From IMG/VR virus record IMGVR_UViG_3300042922_001473: 64,000 nucleotides of DNA; one strand, given 5' to 3'. Shown piece by piece: positions 30,010-39,525 of the stretch. The notes beneath the pieces are model-generated. The model saw only the letters and a list, made by a program, of their open reading frames with translations. It did no database searches and was not told the origin of the DNA. The position numbers were made by a program, and so were the translations under genes. Each line of letters begins with the position of its first letter. The first letter of the stretch is position 1. This DNA is from a virus (lineage: Duplodnaviria; Caudoviricetes).

Positions 30010-30372
30010 TTGGAGGAAACAAAAATGACAGGAAAAATGATGAATTTTGATGGTGTTCCATTATTTATTCCAAACGATATAAGTATCCAAACAACAGAAT
30101 TTTATATTAGTTACAATGACAGGGATACATCTTTGTATGGTGATGTCACTACTGCTTTAGTGCAAAATAATCCAGTAAAGTTTTTAATATTGAATGGTAA
30201 TCATTCTAAAGAATATAAGGAGATAATATCAAAAGGTGGTGGTTACTCAGATTGTTTGGAATATTTTAAAAACAACCTTGATAAAAAGTCCAAGTTCAGT
30301 GAAAACTGGGATGAAACAATAATAGTTGAAGAAGATGGAAGTCTTCATGTTGTTAAGGATTTCAACAATTAG
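30010..30372 (+). CDS. hypothetical protein (likely start 30025)
   Basis: FYISYN..D...YG..TTALV motif; GGAGG RBS before ATG. Confidence 0.7.
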   Translation: MEETKMTGKMMNFDGVPLFIPNDISIQTTEFYISYNDRDTSLYGDVTTALVQNNPVKFLILNGNHSKEYKEIISKGGGYSDCLEYFKNNLDKKSKFSENWDETIIVEEDGSLHVVKDFNN

Positions 30373-30590
30373 ATAAATTGAAATTTGAACGATTAGCTAA
30401 GAAATAGCAGAGGATAAGAAAATTTATCCTCTGCTATTTCTGTAAAGCTGTTAAATAAAAAAGTAATCGCCATAATCCTTGATTTGTATAGTACAAAAGC
30501 ACATGTAATTTTACATGTGCTTTTGCTTGTGAAAATTTGTGATTTTGCTTTTCTTTTTGCTTTATATTAGAGTTGGGGGGAGAAATATTA

Positions 30591-30971
30591 TTAGTTAATA
30601 TCTCTATTAATTGAATACCCATTTTTATCAAGGCTAAACCCTAATTCTTTAAATTTTTTAATATGTTCTAAAACAAACGCCTTTCCTTTTTCTTCTGCCT
30701 CTTTTTCGGTCTTAAAAACCTTTAAATTCCAATTATTTAAAATCCAACCAAGATTATCTAAAGTTAGAATAATATGTTCTGTTCCCCTGAATCTTGTATG
30801 ACATGATTTGTCCATTCCACAACGACCATCTATCGTTTTGGGAAACAGTTTATCAAATAATTCTTTTTGAAATAAACAAGCATCGCAACAGTTTGTATTA
30901 AATCTATATACCGTTTGTCCTAATTCAACAGGCAATGTGATTTGTTTTTTATCTTCACTTATAAAATTCAT
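30591..30971 (-). CDS. phage-type hypothetical protein
   Basis: LPVELGQTVY...VFKTEKEAE. Confidence 0.7.
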   Translation of the reverse strand: MNFISEDKKQITLPVELGQTVYRFNTNCCDACLFQKELFDKLFPKTIDGRCGMDKSCHTRFRGTEHIILTLDNLGWILNNWNLKVFKTEKEAEEKGKAFVLEHIKKFKELGFSLDKNGYSINRDIN

Positions 30972-31032
30972 TATATACCCCTTCTTTCCTTCTTAATTTC
31001 CTCTGTTAGTAAAAAATAAAATTCATATTTTT

Positions 31033-31278
31033 TTATAAATCTTTATCTAAAGGTACTTCAAATACAATATCTTTGCCATTAGCATCAACTATACATTGTG
31101 CTATTTTTTTTATTAAATTTTCTGTTTTATTACATTCAAATCCAAATCTGCCTAATATTATTTGTTCATTTCCATTTACTGCTATCAATTCCATACAATC
31201 ATTTCTATGATTTGTTTTTAAAGCGTAATTTGTTAAACAACATATTACATCATTATATTGTGATTTAATATATACCAT
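31033..31278 (-). CDS. small phage-type protein (paralog of 33003-33215)
   Basis: YIKSQ...ILG.F...IVFEVP. Confidence 0.65.
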   Translation of the reverse strand: MVYIKSQYNDVICCLTNYALKTNHRNDCMELIAVNGNEQIILGRFGFECNKTENLIKKIAQCIVDANGKDIVFEVPLDKDL

Positions 31279-31471
31279 GATTTTTCTCCTTTAGAATATC
31301 AATTTTATTTACTTCTTCAACGCTTTCTACCTCAACTCTGCAACGACCTCTTAATTGTAAATATATTTCATCACATTTTGATTGTGCAATTTCTTTTGCT
31401 TCTTCGATATCTCTTACACTATATACTCCACCTACTTCAGAAACATTAATTACTATTTTATAATCTTTCAC
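31265..31471 (-). CDS. small hypothetical protein
   Basis: GGAGG RBS; EEAKEIA motif. Confidence 0.6.
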   Translation of the reverse strand: MKDYKIVINVSEVGGVYSVRDIEEAKEIAQSKCDEIYLQLRGRCRVEVESVEEVNKIDILKEKNHGIY

Positions 31472-31533
31472 TGTTATTTTCCTCCATTAAATATAAAGTT
31501 GCCATTTATCATAGAAATTTAATTCCTGCAAGC

Positions 31534-31839
31534 TTACCTTATATCACCTATTATGGTTAAATGTTTAGTATTTATCATTTCTTGGTCAATATCCCAACCA
31601 ACACTACTTCCATGCCTACTTTCAAAGCCTATAAAAACTTTCCCTTTCATATTTATGCCTACCACAACTTCACTGGCTGAACAGCCACGTAAAGTGGCAA
31701 TATGTCCTGTTAATAAAGGCGTACCATTATAATCGTATAATCCAGTAGGGGTATGGTCTGGAATCCACTGAGACGATATACAACAGTTATCTCCCAAATA
31801 AACTAATTCTTTATCAGTATCAAGTTTCATAAATTCCAC
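31534..31839 (-). CDS. YopX-like protein
   Basis: TGLYDYNG...G.I...IIGDI. Confidence 0.6.
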   Translation of the reverse strand: MEFMKLDTDKELVYLGDNCCISSQWIPDHTPTGLYDYNGTPLLTGHIATLRGCSASEVVVGINMKGKVFIGFESRHGSSVGWDIDQEMINTKHLTIIGDIR

Positions 31840-32019
31840 CTATTCTTTACCACTTTTCTTTTTAATTTCCTCTGTTATTAAATATGGAGTACCATTTGCC
31901 ATAAATTTAACTCCTGTAACCTTTATAGATTGGTTATTTACTATTACAGTAATATCTTTATTTCTTAAATTTCTTACTGGTTGCTTTCCTAATTTATCAA
32001 ATAACGTCAACCACTGCAT
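31840..32019 (-). CDS. small hypothetical protein (59 aa, not in ORF track)
   Basis: GAAGGA RBS; MQWLTLFDKLGKQP...EEIKKKSGKE*. Confidence 0.6.
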   Translation of the reverse strand: MQWLTLFDKLGKQPVRNLRNKDITVIVNNQSIKVTGVKFMANGTPYLITEEIKKKSGKE

Positions 32020-32037
32020 AATAATCCTTCTTTCTTC

Positions 32038-32634
32038 TTAGTTGCCTACAAAAACTACTTCATCGTCACTTGTGAAGCTTTTTTCTACATTAAATCCAAA
32101 CATATTACTTAAAAAACAAGAAACATTTTTTAAATTAAGCACCATTGTTTTGTAATCGCATTCATCAAAAGCTTCTTCTAACGAGCAATCTAAATTAAGT
32201 TTTTCGATAAATTCTTCTGGAATTTGTTTGTCAGTATACTTAATTACTAACACAAACTCAAAATCTTGTCTATCAGCCTCTGCAGATTTAATAAATGAAT
32301 AATTATCAGTCAAATATTTATTTATTTTGTGTTCTGCTTCTTCCCATGTCATGCAAACTGATTTAGAAATATGAATTTCGTCTTCATAACCAACTAAAGT
32401 AGTTTTATAGACTTTAGAAATCCAAATATACTTACTTTTATCCTTAACATTATCCAACATTAAGTTACCTGTAAATTCTTTTTTTTGTGAATCAATAACC
32501 CATCCTGCTTTTTCTAATAAAGCAACATGTTGTGTTCTTTCATCTTCATTTTCATATATATATTTTTCATATATTTCACTTGCGACCTTTTTCATATCAA
32601 CTGTTTCATTTTTCTCACTAAAAACCTTTTTCAT
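32038..32634 (-). CDS. hypothetical protein
   Basis: 198 aa; AAGGAG RBS. Confidence 0.7.
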   Translation of the reverse strand: MKKVFSEKNETVDMKKVASEIYEKYIYENEDERTQHVALLEKAGWVIDSQKKEFTGNLMLDNVKDKSKYIWISKVYKTTLVGYEDEIHISKSVCMTWEEAEHKINKYLTDNYSFIKSAEADRQDFEFVLVIKYTDKQIPEEFIEKLNLDCSLEEAFDECDYKTMVLNLKNVSCFLSNMFGFNVEKSFTSDDEVVFVGN

Positions 32635-33002
32635 ATTTATTCTCCTTTTATTATGTATAATAGTATTCCTTCTTTATATTTGTAAATTTTTCATTTACAT
32701 ATTGTTACTATTATAGAGAATACTTTACTAAATTATTATTCTTTTGGCATTTCAAAGACCACATTTTAAAATATCACAGGTTGTAGCTACCTAAAAATAT
32801 TTGACAACATAAACGTATCCAACTTATTGCATTTGTCTCAGTTATTTCAAATATTTTTCCAGAATATACATATGCACTAAATACAAATATTGTCATCATA
32901 CCTCTTAATGCAATTAATATTAAATGATAAAGTACTGTTATTTGTATTAGCAATTTTATTGTTTTACGAACAAAATTTCCTATTTTACTTAATACTAAAT
33001 TC

Positions 33003-33215
33003 CTATTCATTTGGCATCTCAAAAATTATGTTTTTATCCTGTGAATTAATGCAATATGCCTCTGCCATTACTTCCATAGTTCTTACTACTGAAGAATATG
33101 TTCCCAGCAATACTTTTGGCTTTTTTATATTTTTAGGTTGTCCAAATAAATTACAACCATTTTGTTCTAATTGTAACACTTCTTGTTCTTTTCCATTTTG
33201 GTCTAATATTTTCAT
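33003..33215 (-). CDS. small phage-type protein
   Basis: MKILDQ...LLGTY...IIFEMPNE; AGGAGG RBS. Confidence 0.65.
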   Translation of the reverse strand: MKILDQNGKEQEVLQLEQNGCNLFGQPKNIKKPKVLLGTYSSVVRTMEVMAEAYCINSQDKNIIFEMPNE

Positions 33216-33276
33216 AGTTCCTCCTATAAATTTATGTTTTAAACGATATTGATATATTGTATTAAGCTTTAACTAA

Positions 33277-33444
33277 TTAAACTATATACCCATCTATTTT
33301 AGTAATTTCTCTTACATTTACCCAAAGTAAACAAGACCAATCAATAATTTGTACCTTTTCCTCTGCTTCTTCCTTATTATCTGCTACAACTAATATAGTT
33401 TCAGAATCATTATCATCCATTAAATCAACTTGATATAGTTTTAT
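33277..33444 (-). pseudogene. 55-codon ORF starting ATA after an RBS
   Basis: (I)KLYQVDLMDDND...VVADNKEEAEEK...IDGYIV*. Confidence 0.5.
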
Positions 33445-33460
33445 ATTTTACCCTTTCTCT

Positions 33461-33862
33461 TTATAAATCTTTTATATCAAATACAATGCCTTCACAGTAT
33501 TTATTACCTTCACAATATATATAAAATGTTTCATGCGGAATTGTGGTTTCATATTTGAAAACAAAACTCCTATCATGCAATACTTTTATGATTTTAGCTT
33601 TTTCTTTTGCTCTCATAAAATACTTACATTCACACTCACATTCTTTGATAATACCATCTTTTTCAATATATATCTCAACATTTCCATAACTGCCAACTTC
33701 ATCATAAATTGCACCTTCAAATTCAGTACAATCATCAGAAAATCCGAAAACAATAACATATCCTAATTCTTTAGCTATTTCTATTTCTTCTTTAGTTAAT
33801 TCATTTCCATATTCTCTATTATTTAAGCTATTAGCAAATTCTTTAATATCTATTTTATTCAT
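33461..33862 (-). CDS. conserved phage hypothetical protein
   Basis: VFGFSDDCTEFEGAIYDE...IPHETF...YCEGIVF. Confidence 0.75.
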   Translation of the reverse strand: MNKIDIKEFANSLNNREYGNELTKEEIEIAKELGYVIVFGFSDDCTEFEGAIYDEVGSYGNVEIYIEKDGIIKECECECKYFMRAKEKAKIIKVLHDRSFVFKYETTIPHETFYIYCEGNKYCEGIVFDIKDL

Positions 33863-34175
33863 TTTGTTCTCCTACTTTTAAAATTTTTTATAATTTCCCT
33901 TAATTGGAATTTCTTTTCTGAATTAAATTACAATAATCAAAACACATCTGCATACCTTCTGGGATTATCTTTCCGCAGAACACACATCTGTTATCTATAT
34001 TTACTCCCTCTATTTAATAGCAGTACTATCTTGATAATCTTTATTGATTATATATATTATACCATTAATGTTGACTATTGTCTATATTAACATTTTTATT
34101 ATGCCTTTTTGAGAAAATAAAAAAGACACTATATTATAAGTGTCTTCAAATTTACTATTTACTATTTACTATTTA

Positions 34176-34547
34176 TTAATTTGAAAATTTGCTTAAAGCA
34201 GTTGCAACAACATCTGATTTAAAAGGTTTTACAATAAATCCTTTAGCTCCTGCAGTTACAGATTCTAAGACTAAAGATTCTTGCCCCATCGCACTAACCA
34301 TTACTACTTTTGCATTCGGATTTATTTTTAAAATATTTTTCAATGCTTCTATACCACCCATTTCTGGCATTGTAATATCCATTGTTATAATATCAGGAAT
34401 ATAGGTTTTATACTTTTCAATGGCTTCAACTCCATTATAAGCGTTACACACTACTTCGTATCCATTAGTTTTTAATACGCCTCCTAATACTGTATGCATA
34501 AATTTTGAATCATCAACTATCATTACTCTTTTCATTTTTATTAACAC
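34176..34547 (-). CDS. stand-alone CheY-like response regulator
   Basis: IVDDS, MDITMPEMGG, VSAMGQ, FIVKPF. Confidence 0.9.
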   Translation of the reverse strand: MLIKMKRVMIVDDSKFMHTVLGGVLKTNGYEVVCNAYNGVEAIEKYKTYIPDIITMDITMPEMGGIEALKNILKINPNAKVVMVSAMGQESLVLESVTAGAKGFIVKPFKSDVVATALSKFSN

Positions 34548-34616
34548 TCTCCATTTTATGATTTTATTCTTGATTTCTATAATTGTTTATATTATAATAG
34601 TCCATATCATAGACTA

Positions 34617-34955
34617 TTGTCAAATACTTATTTGTTCAATATAAGTTTATTAGAAGATATAAATAGTAAATATCAAGGAGCTTCAATGTTAAGAAAAAAA
34701 ATTAATAAAGAAATATTTGAAAATAAAAGAAATCATATACCTCATGGAAAATATTGTTACGATGCAAATACATCATGTCCATTTTGGGAACTTGACACAT
34801 CAAAACAACTCTGTTCTAATGGATTTTGTCATTTATTAAAAAAGGGTGATTGGGAAGAAAACTTAAATGTAAATAATAATACTAAAGGAAACCTCTGGGA
34901 TTGTATAAAAGAGTGTAATATTAATACTGAACATTTACTACTCCATTCCAATTAA
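34617..34955 (+). CDS. Cys-rich hypothetical protein (likely start 34686)
   Basis: IPHGKYCY...CPFW...GFC...LWDCIKECNIN; AAGGAG RBS before ATG 34686. Confidence 0.65.
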   Translation: MSNTYLFNISLLEDINSKYQGASMLRKKINKEIFENKRNHIPHGKYCYDANTSCPFWELDTSKQLCSNGFCHLLKKGDWEENLNVNNNTKGNLWDCIKECNINTEHLLLHSN

Positions 34956-35044
34956 TTAAATACCTAATTTCATATGCATTTTAAAATATTGAAATAAGGC
35001 TAATATAAAAACTCTCTATATAGAGAGTTTTTTATTTTACAATA

Positions 35045-36712
35045 TTAATTTTCAATTATTAAGTTTCCATCAGAGTCATAAATACTTATATTAAAATCTC
35101 TTGGAACTACAGTAACATTTATATCAATTGAGCTTGCTCCATCTAATGTTGTTAGTGTTACTACAGAAGTTCCTTCTTTTAATCCAACTATATTGTATTT
35201 AGAATTTCTTGCTTGTAATGCTTTTACTACTTTTTTATCTGATACAGTTGTTTTTATTTTCTTAGAAAGAGTTTCTTCTGGTATTACTACTGCGGAAAAT
35301 TCATATCTATCCCCTACTTTAATAGTTATGTTTGTTTCGGGAACAATAATTCCGTCAACAGTACTTATTGTACTTACTAAGCAAGAAGCTGTATATCCAC
35401 CATCTTCTGTTGTTACAGTTATTACTGCATCCCCAGCACTTACTGCATACACTTTACCTTTAATTACTTTTACTACTTTACTGTTGCTTGATGACCATTT
35501 AACATTTTTATTAACTGCATTTTCTGGGTAGACTGTAGCTGTTAGCATTTCATTTTCTCCAACTTTAAGTTCAATCATATCTTTATTTAAAGATACACCA
35601 GTAACAGTTGAATCAACATTAACTACAAAATCTATTTTTGCTTCATCAGAGTCCTGAGTTACAGTAGCTGTAATAGTTGCAGTTCCGTTTGAAATTGCTT
35701 TTATTTTTCCGTTTCTAATAGTAGCTATTGATTTATCAGAAGTTGTCCATTTGATTTTATAATCACTTAAAGATTTTGAATTACTTAAATCATCGGTAAC
35801 AATAATTTCAAGTTCTTCACCAACATTTAAGTCTGCAGAGCTTATTTTGTTATCATTTTTATCAAGAATAAATAGTTTTTCTACATCTGATACAACTACA
35901 ATAGTTGCTTGACCAGTAAAACCACCGTCTCTTGACTTGAAATGAACAACTGTTTCACCCTCATTTAATCCTGTAACAGTACCTTCTTTATCAATTCTAA
36001 TTAAGCTTTTTTCTGCAATTTCATAAAGTATTGTTTGGTCAAAAGCATTTTCTGGATAAACTTTTACATCAAGTGTAAATTTTTTTCCAACTTCTATAAT
36101 GACATTATCTGTATTAACCTTTAACCCAGTGACCATTGGTGTAACAGTTACCTCACATATAGCTTTGTATCCACCATCAACAGTTGTTACTGTAATTATT
36201 GCTTTTCCTTCTTTCACTCCTGTTACTACACCGTTAACAACCTTAGCTACAGCAGGATTATCAGTAGACCATGTTACATCTTTTTTAAATGCATCTGTCG
36301 GCAGTATATTTGCTGTTAATTTAACTTTTTCTCCGACATTTATGTCAAGATTTGTTTTATCAAGTTCTACTCCAGTAACTGTTGAATGTACATTTACTGT
36401 AAATTTTACCAAAGTTTCATTATCTTTTATTTTTGCAGTAATTATTGTTTGTCCTTCTGAAACACCTATAAGTTTTTTAGATGCATCTATTCTTGCAATT
36501 TTATTATTATCTGAAGTAAATTGAGTAACAAGAGTATCTATCTCTTCATTAATGTCAGAAGCAACAATAACTGTTTCAAGTGAAATTTTGTCTCCAACAA
36601 GTATATCTAAGCTACCCATATTTTCTGCATTAACCGCTAATGGATTAAATACAAATAGACAGCAAAGAATAATCAATGTCATTGACATTTTTAACAAATT
36701 ATTATTTTTCAT
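35045..36712 (-). CDS. secreted Ig-like (Big_2) repeat protein
   Basis: Signal peptide; about six V.WS(S/T).N..VA.V..G.V.....G.A.IT repeats. Confidence 0.9.
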   Translation of the reverse strand: MKNNNLLKMSMTLIILCCLFVFNPLAVNAENMGSLDILVGDKISLETVIVASDINEEIDTLVTQFTSDNNKIARIDASKKLIGVSEGQTIITAKIKDNETLVKFTVNVHSTVTGVELDKTNLDINVGEKVKLTANILPTDAFKKDVTWSTDNPAVAKVVNGVVTGVKEGKAIITVTTVDGGYKAICEVTVTPMVTGLKVNTDNVIIEVGKKFTLDVKVYPENAFDQTILYEIAEKSLIRIDKEGTVTGLNEGETVVHFKSRDGGFTGQATIVVVSDVEKLFILDKNDNKISSADLNVGEELEIIVTDDLSNSKSLSDYKIKWTTSDKSIATIRNGKIKAISNGTATITATVTQDSDEAKIDFVVNVDSTVTGVSLNKDMIELKVGENEMLTATVYPENAVNKNVKWSSSNSKVVKVIKGKVYAVSAGDAVITVTTEDGGYTASCLVSTISTVDGIIVPETNITIKVGDRYEFSAVVIPEETLSKKIKTTVSDKKVVKALQARNSKYNIVGLKEGTSVVTLTTLDGASSIDINVTVVPRDFNISIYDSDGNLIIEN

Positions 36713-36833
36713 TTTTTCCTCCTTTTTTGAATTTATATATTATAGTTAGTTTTTTAATAATTAATTAATAAAAAAACAGCAATTTAAAATAAAATTGCTG
36801 TTTAATATTATTTTTAAGGCTTAGTTTATAGTA

Positions 36834-37085
36834 TTACTTATTATATTCTTCAAGTAAAGCATCAGTAAGTTCTTTTCTAAAGTCTTTGTCAGTTGAATGA
36901 GCAATATCTTTAAACTCACCGTCTTTAGTTTTTCTACTTGGCATAGCAATAAATAATCCATTTGCACCATCCACAATTTTTATATCATGAACTGCAAATA
37001 CATTATCAAATGTAACAGATGCAAATGCTTTTACTTTACTATCTCCCTCAAATTTATTCAATCTAACTTCTGTAATTTTCATCAA
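36834..37085 (-). CDS. spoVG: septation/sporulation regulator SpoVG
   Basis: ASVTFDNVFAVHDIKIV.G..GLFIAMPSRKT.DGEFKDIAH. Confidence 0.95.
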   Translation of the reverse strand: MMKITEVRLNKFEGDSKVKAFASVTFDNVFAVHDIKIVDGANGLFIAMPSRKTKDGEFKDIAHSTDKDFRKELTDALLEEYNK

Positions 37086-37379
37086 AACACCTCACTTTCT
37101 CGTAATTTCTATATAATACGTTCCAAATTCTTGAATTATAAAATAAAAAGTGTTTAATATGGTTTTATACTGCTTTACTAAATAAAAAGTTAAGTATTGA
37201 TACCAATTTGAAGATTAAAAAACAGCACTATATAAATGCTGTTTCTTATTCAACTAAATTAACTTACTTATTTGATTAAATAATCTATATCTGCAAAATT
37301 ATCTAAAAACAGAAAAGAATACCCCTCCATCTTCTAAAGTTGGGGATGAATTTTTACGTCTGATAAGACGTTATATGTA

Positions 37380-37422
37380 TTGAAATTTCATCATTTAGAT
37401 GATATAATAAGAACATAAGTTC
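37380..37422 (+). promoter_or_regulatory. tnpB promoter with LexA-type box
   Basis: TTGAAA-N17-TATAAT, then GAACATAAGTTC at 37411-37422. Confidence 0.7.
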
Positions 37423-37433
37423 TTTAAAAGGAT

Positions 37434-38699
37434 GTGAATATACATATGCGATTGTCATTTAAATTCAAACCACAACTAAATAGTTTGCAAGCTAACATTA
37501 TTGAAGAGTTAAGTTATCATACTACAAAATTATATAACATAGTTAACTATGATAATTTAACCTATGGTGTAAAATCATATTACAAAATGAATGAAGTATA
37601 TAATTCTAATTGGCATAAGGAATTTCTTCATAGTCATAACTATCAGCATAGTCTAAAGGTTTTAGAGCAAAACTGGAAAAGTTATTTTAAATCAATTACT
37701 GATTTTAAGAAAAGCCTTTCAAAATACAATGGTATGCCAAAACCACCAAAGTATAAAAATTTAAATGATAGGAAAAATGAAATAATATTTACTTCTGCAG
37801 GAATTAGAATTAAAAACAATACTTTAATGCTTTCACTCTCTAAAGCTATGCAATTAAAATATGGTGTAAATAGTCTTAATTTTGAAGTTTCTAATAAACT
37901 TCAAAGCCTATTTAATTGGAATAGCCTTCAACAAGCAAAGATTTGCTGGAACAGTTCATTAAAAGAGTGGAGCATAATTTTAATATATCTAAAAGAAGAA
38001 GTGGTTTTATCAAATGACTTTAATAACATTATGGCAATTGACCTTGGTTTAAGCAACCTTGCAACAATGACATTCTTAAACAATGAAGAAAGCTATATAA
38101 TCAATGGAAAACCACTTAAGTCAGTAAATAGCCATATTGATAAGAAGATTTCACATTTGCAAAGAATATCAATGCACATGGTTGGCAGTAAAAATCATAA
38201 GGATTCTAAAGAAATAACACGTCTTAGAACTTATCGTGAAAATTATATTAATAACTATTTGCATAAAGCAAGTAAAATTATCATTGAATTAGCACTAAAA
38301 CATAAGTGTAGCACTATAGTTATTGGCGATATCCATGGTATTAAACAAAACTTAAACTACAATAAGACATTTGTTCAAATACCAATACTTAAACTAAAAG
38401 AAATGATTAGCTATAAAGCAAAATTACAAGGGATAGAAGTAAAACTTCAAAATGAAGCATATACTTCTGGTTGTAGTGCAATTGATTTAGAATTAATAGC
38501 TAAATCACATTACAATAAAAAAAGAAGAATATGCAGAGGCATATTCCAAAGTAACACAAACATTAAAATTAACTCAGATGTGAATGGTAGTCTTAACATA
38601 TTAAGGCTATATACAAAAGACACATGTATTCCCAAACTAATAACAACAGCAAGGGATAAGGGCTACGTGAATAGCCCAATAAAGCAAAGGGTGGCTTAG
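37434..38699 (+). CDS. tnpB: RNA-guided endonuclease TnpB
   Basis: AIDLG, VIGD, EAYTS, NSDVNGSLNI. Confidence 0.9.
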   Translation: MNIHMRLSFKFKPQLNSLQANIIEELSYHTTKLYNIVNYDNLTYGVKSYYKMNEVYNSNWHKEFLHSHNYQHSLKVLEQNWKSYFKSITDFKKSLSKYNGMPKPPKYKNLNDRKNEIIFTSAGIRIKNNTLMLSLSKAMQLKYGVNSLNFEVSNKLQSLFNWNSLQQAKICWNSSLKEWSIILIYLKEEVVLSNDFNNIMAIDLGLSNLATMTFLNNEESYIINGKPLKSVNSHIDKKISHLQRISMHMVGSKNHKDSKEITRLRTYRENYINNYLHKASKIIIELALKHKCSTIVIGDIHGIKQNLNYNKTFVQIPILKLKEMISYKAKLQGIEVKLQNEAYTSGCSAIDLELIAKSHYNKKRRICRGIFQSNTNIKINSDVNGSLNILRLYTKDTCIPKLITTARDKGYVNSPIKQRVA

Positions 38700-38756
38700 G
38701 TAGTACCTAAGTGAAAACTTAAATACAACTACTTTATAGAAGCCCCACTTTTAGCG

Positions 38757-39314
38757 TTAGCGTAAGTGGTGGGAGTATTCACCAAATGTTCTTAATTCAT
38801 AACCAACAGTTTTATCTTCAATACTATTTTCAACAGCATTTAGACACACCCCATAAAGATATTGTGCTAATTTATAATATTTTTTTGGTATTATACAATA
38901 TTTTTTTTCTTGATGACTAACCAAGTAATAGGTTATATTTCTACCTTCTGTTAGATAATATATTTGTTGCTCCTGCATTTCTTCACACCTCTTTACTTTT
39001 TCACAATCGAACCAAATACCTACTAACCTTACAAAAAAGGCGTTTGGAATAATATTTCCATTCATATCAGTAGCACAACCAGAACATACTTGATAAATAT
39101 TATGATTTGTGTCATACCATAAATGTTCATCATTTTTAATTTGTTCTGCACCTTTAACTTGTTTTGCTGTAAATTTATGAAATTCGCCTCCACAAGTTAC
39201 TGATTTCATAATATCTCTATCCCTTTGTTCACACATACACTCTGTATCCGTTGGTGCATAAACCATTAATTTTTCAGTATCTCCCCAATCTATCATTTCA
39301 ACCTTTTTAATCAT
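38757..39314 (-). CDS. hypothetical protein, C-terminus replaced by IS insertion (original tail 37268-37302)
   Basis: Joining 38783 to 37302 gives ...GYELRTFDNFADIDYLIK*. Confidence 0.75.
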   Translation of the reverse strand: MIKKVEMIDWGDTEKLMVYAPTDTECMCEQRDRDIMKSVTCGGEFHKFTAKQVKGAEQIKNDEHLWYDTNHNIYQVCSGCATDMNGNIIPNAFFVRLVGIWFDCEKVKRCEEMQEQQIYYLTEGRNITYYLVSHQEKKYCIIPKKYYKLAQYLYGVCLNAVENSIEDKTVGYELRTFGEYSHHLR

Positions 39315-39525
39315 TATATTTCCTCCTTTAAATTAAGTAAATATCTCCAAATAATTTATTTGTTATAAAACGCCTTACCTTTTTATCTTCTATATTATAT
39401 ACAAACTCCCTCACATAAATCAAAAAAATAATCAACTTGTTTTATTAAAGCAATACCAAATGAATATGATATAAAAAGAAATTAAGAAGGAGAACTTCGA
39501 GTTCACTTTAAAAAAGGAGGATTTT

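Larger units (their letters stand above)
37303..38782 (+). mobile_element. IS200/IS605-family tnpB-only (IS1341-like) element
   Basis: Left-end hairpin ~37322-37347, right-end hairpin ending TTCAC at 38782, preceded by TTAT; removal restores the frame of the interrupted gene. Confidence 0.85.

Noticed and set aside
35193-36749. Plus-strand ORFs opposite the Ig-like gene, and similar shadow ORFs elsewhere (e.g. 458, 6574, 9434, 15254, 44890, 60578)
   Set aside because: Antisense to better-supported genes, with low-complexity F/L/S/I composition and no RBS.
39492-39504. LexA box before the J-domain gene
   Set aside because: GAAC-N5-GTTC spacing is one base too long.
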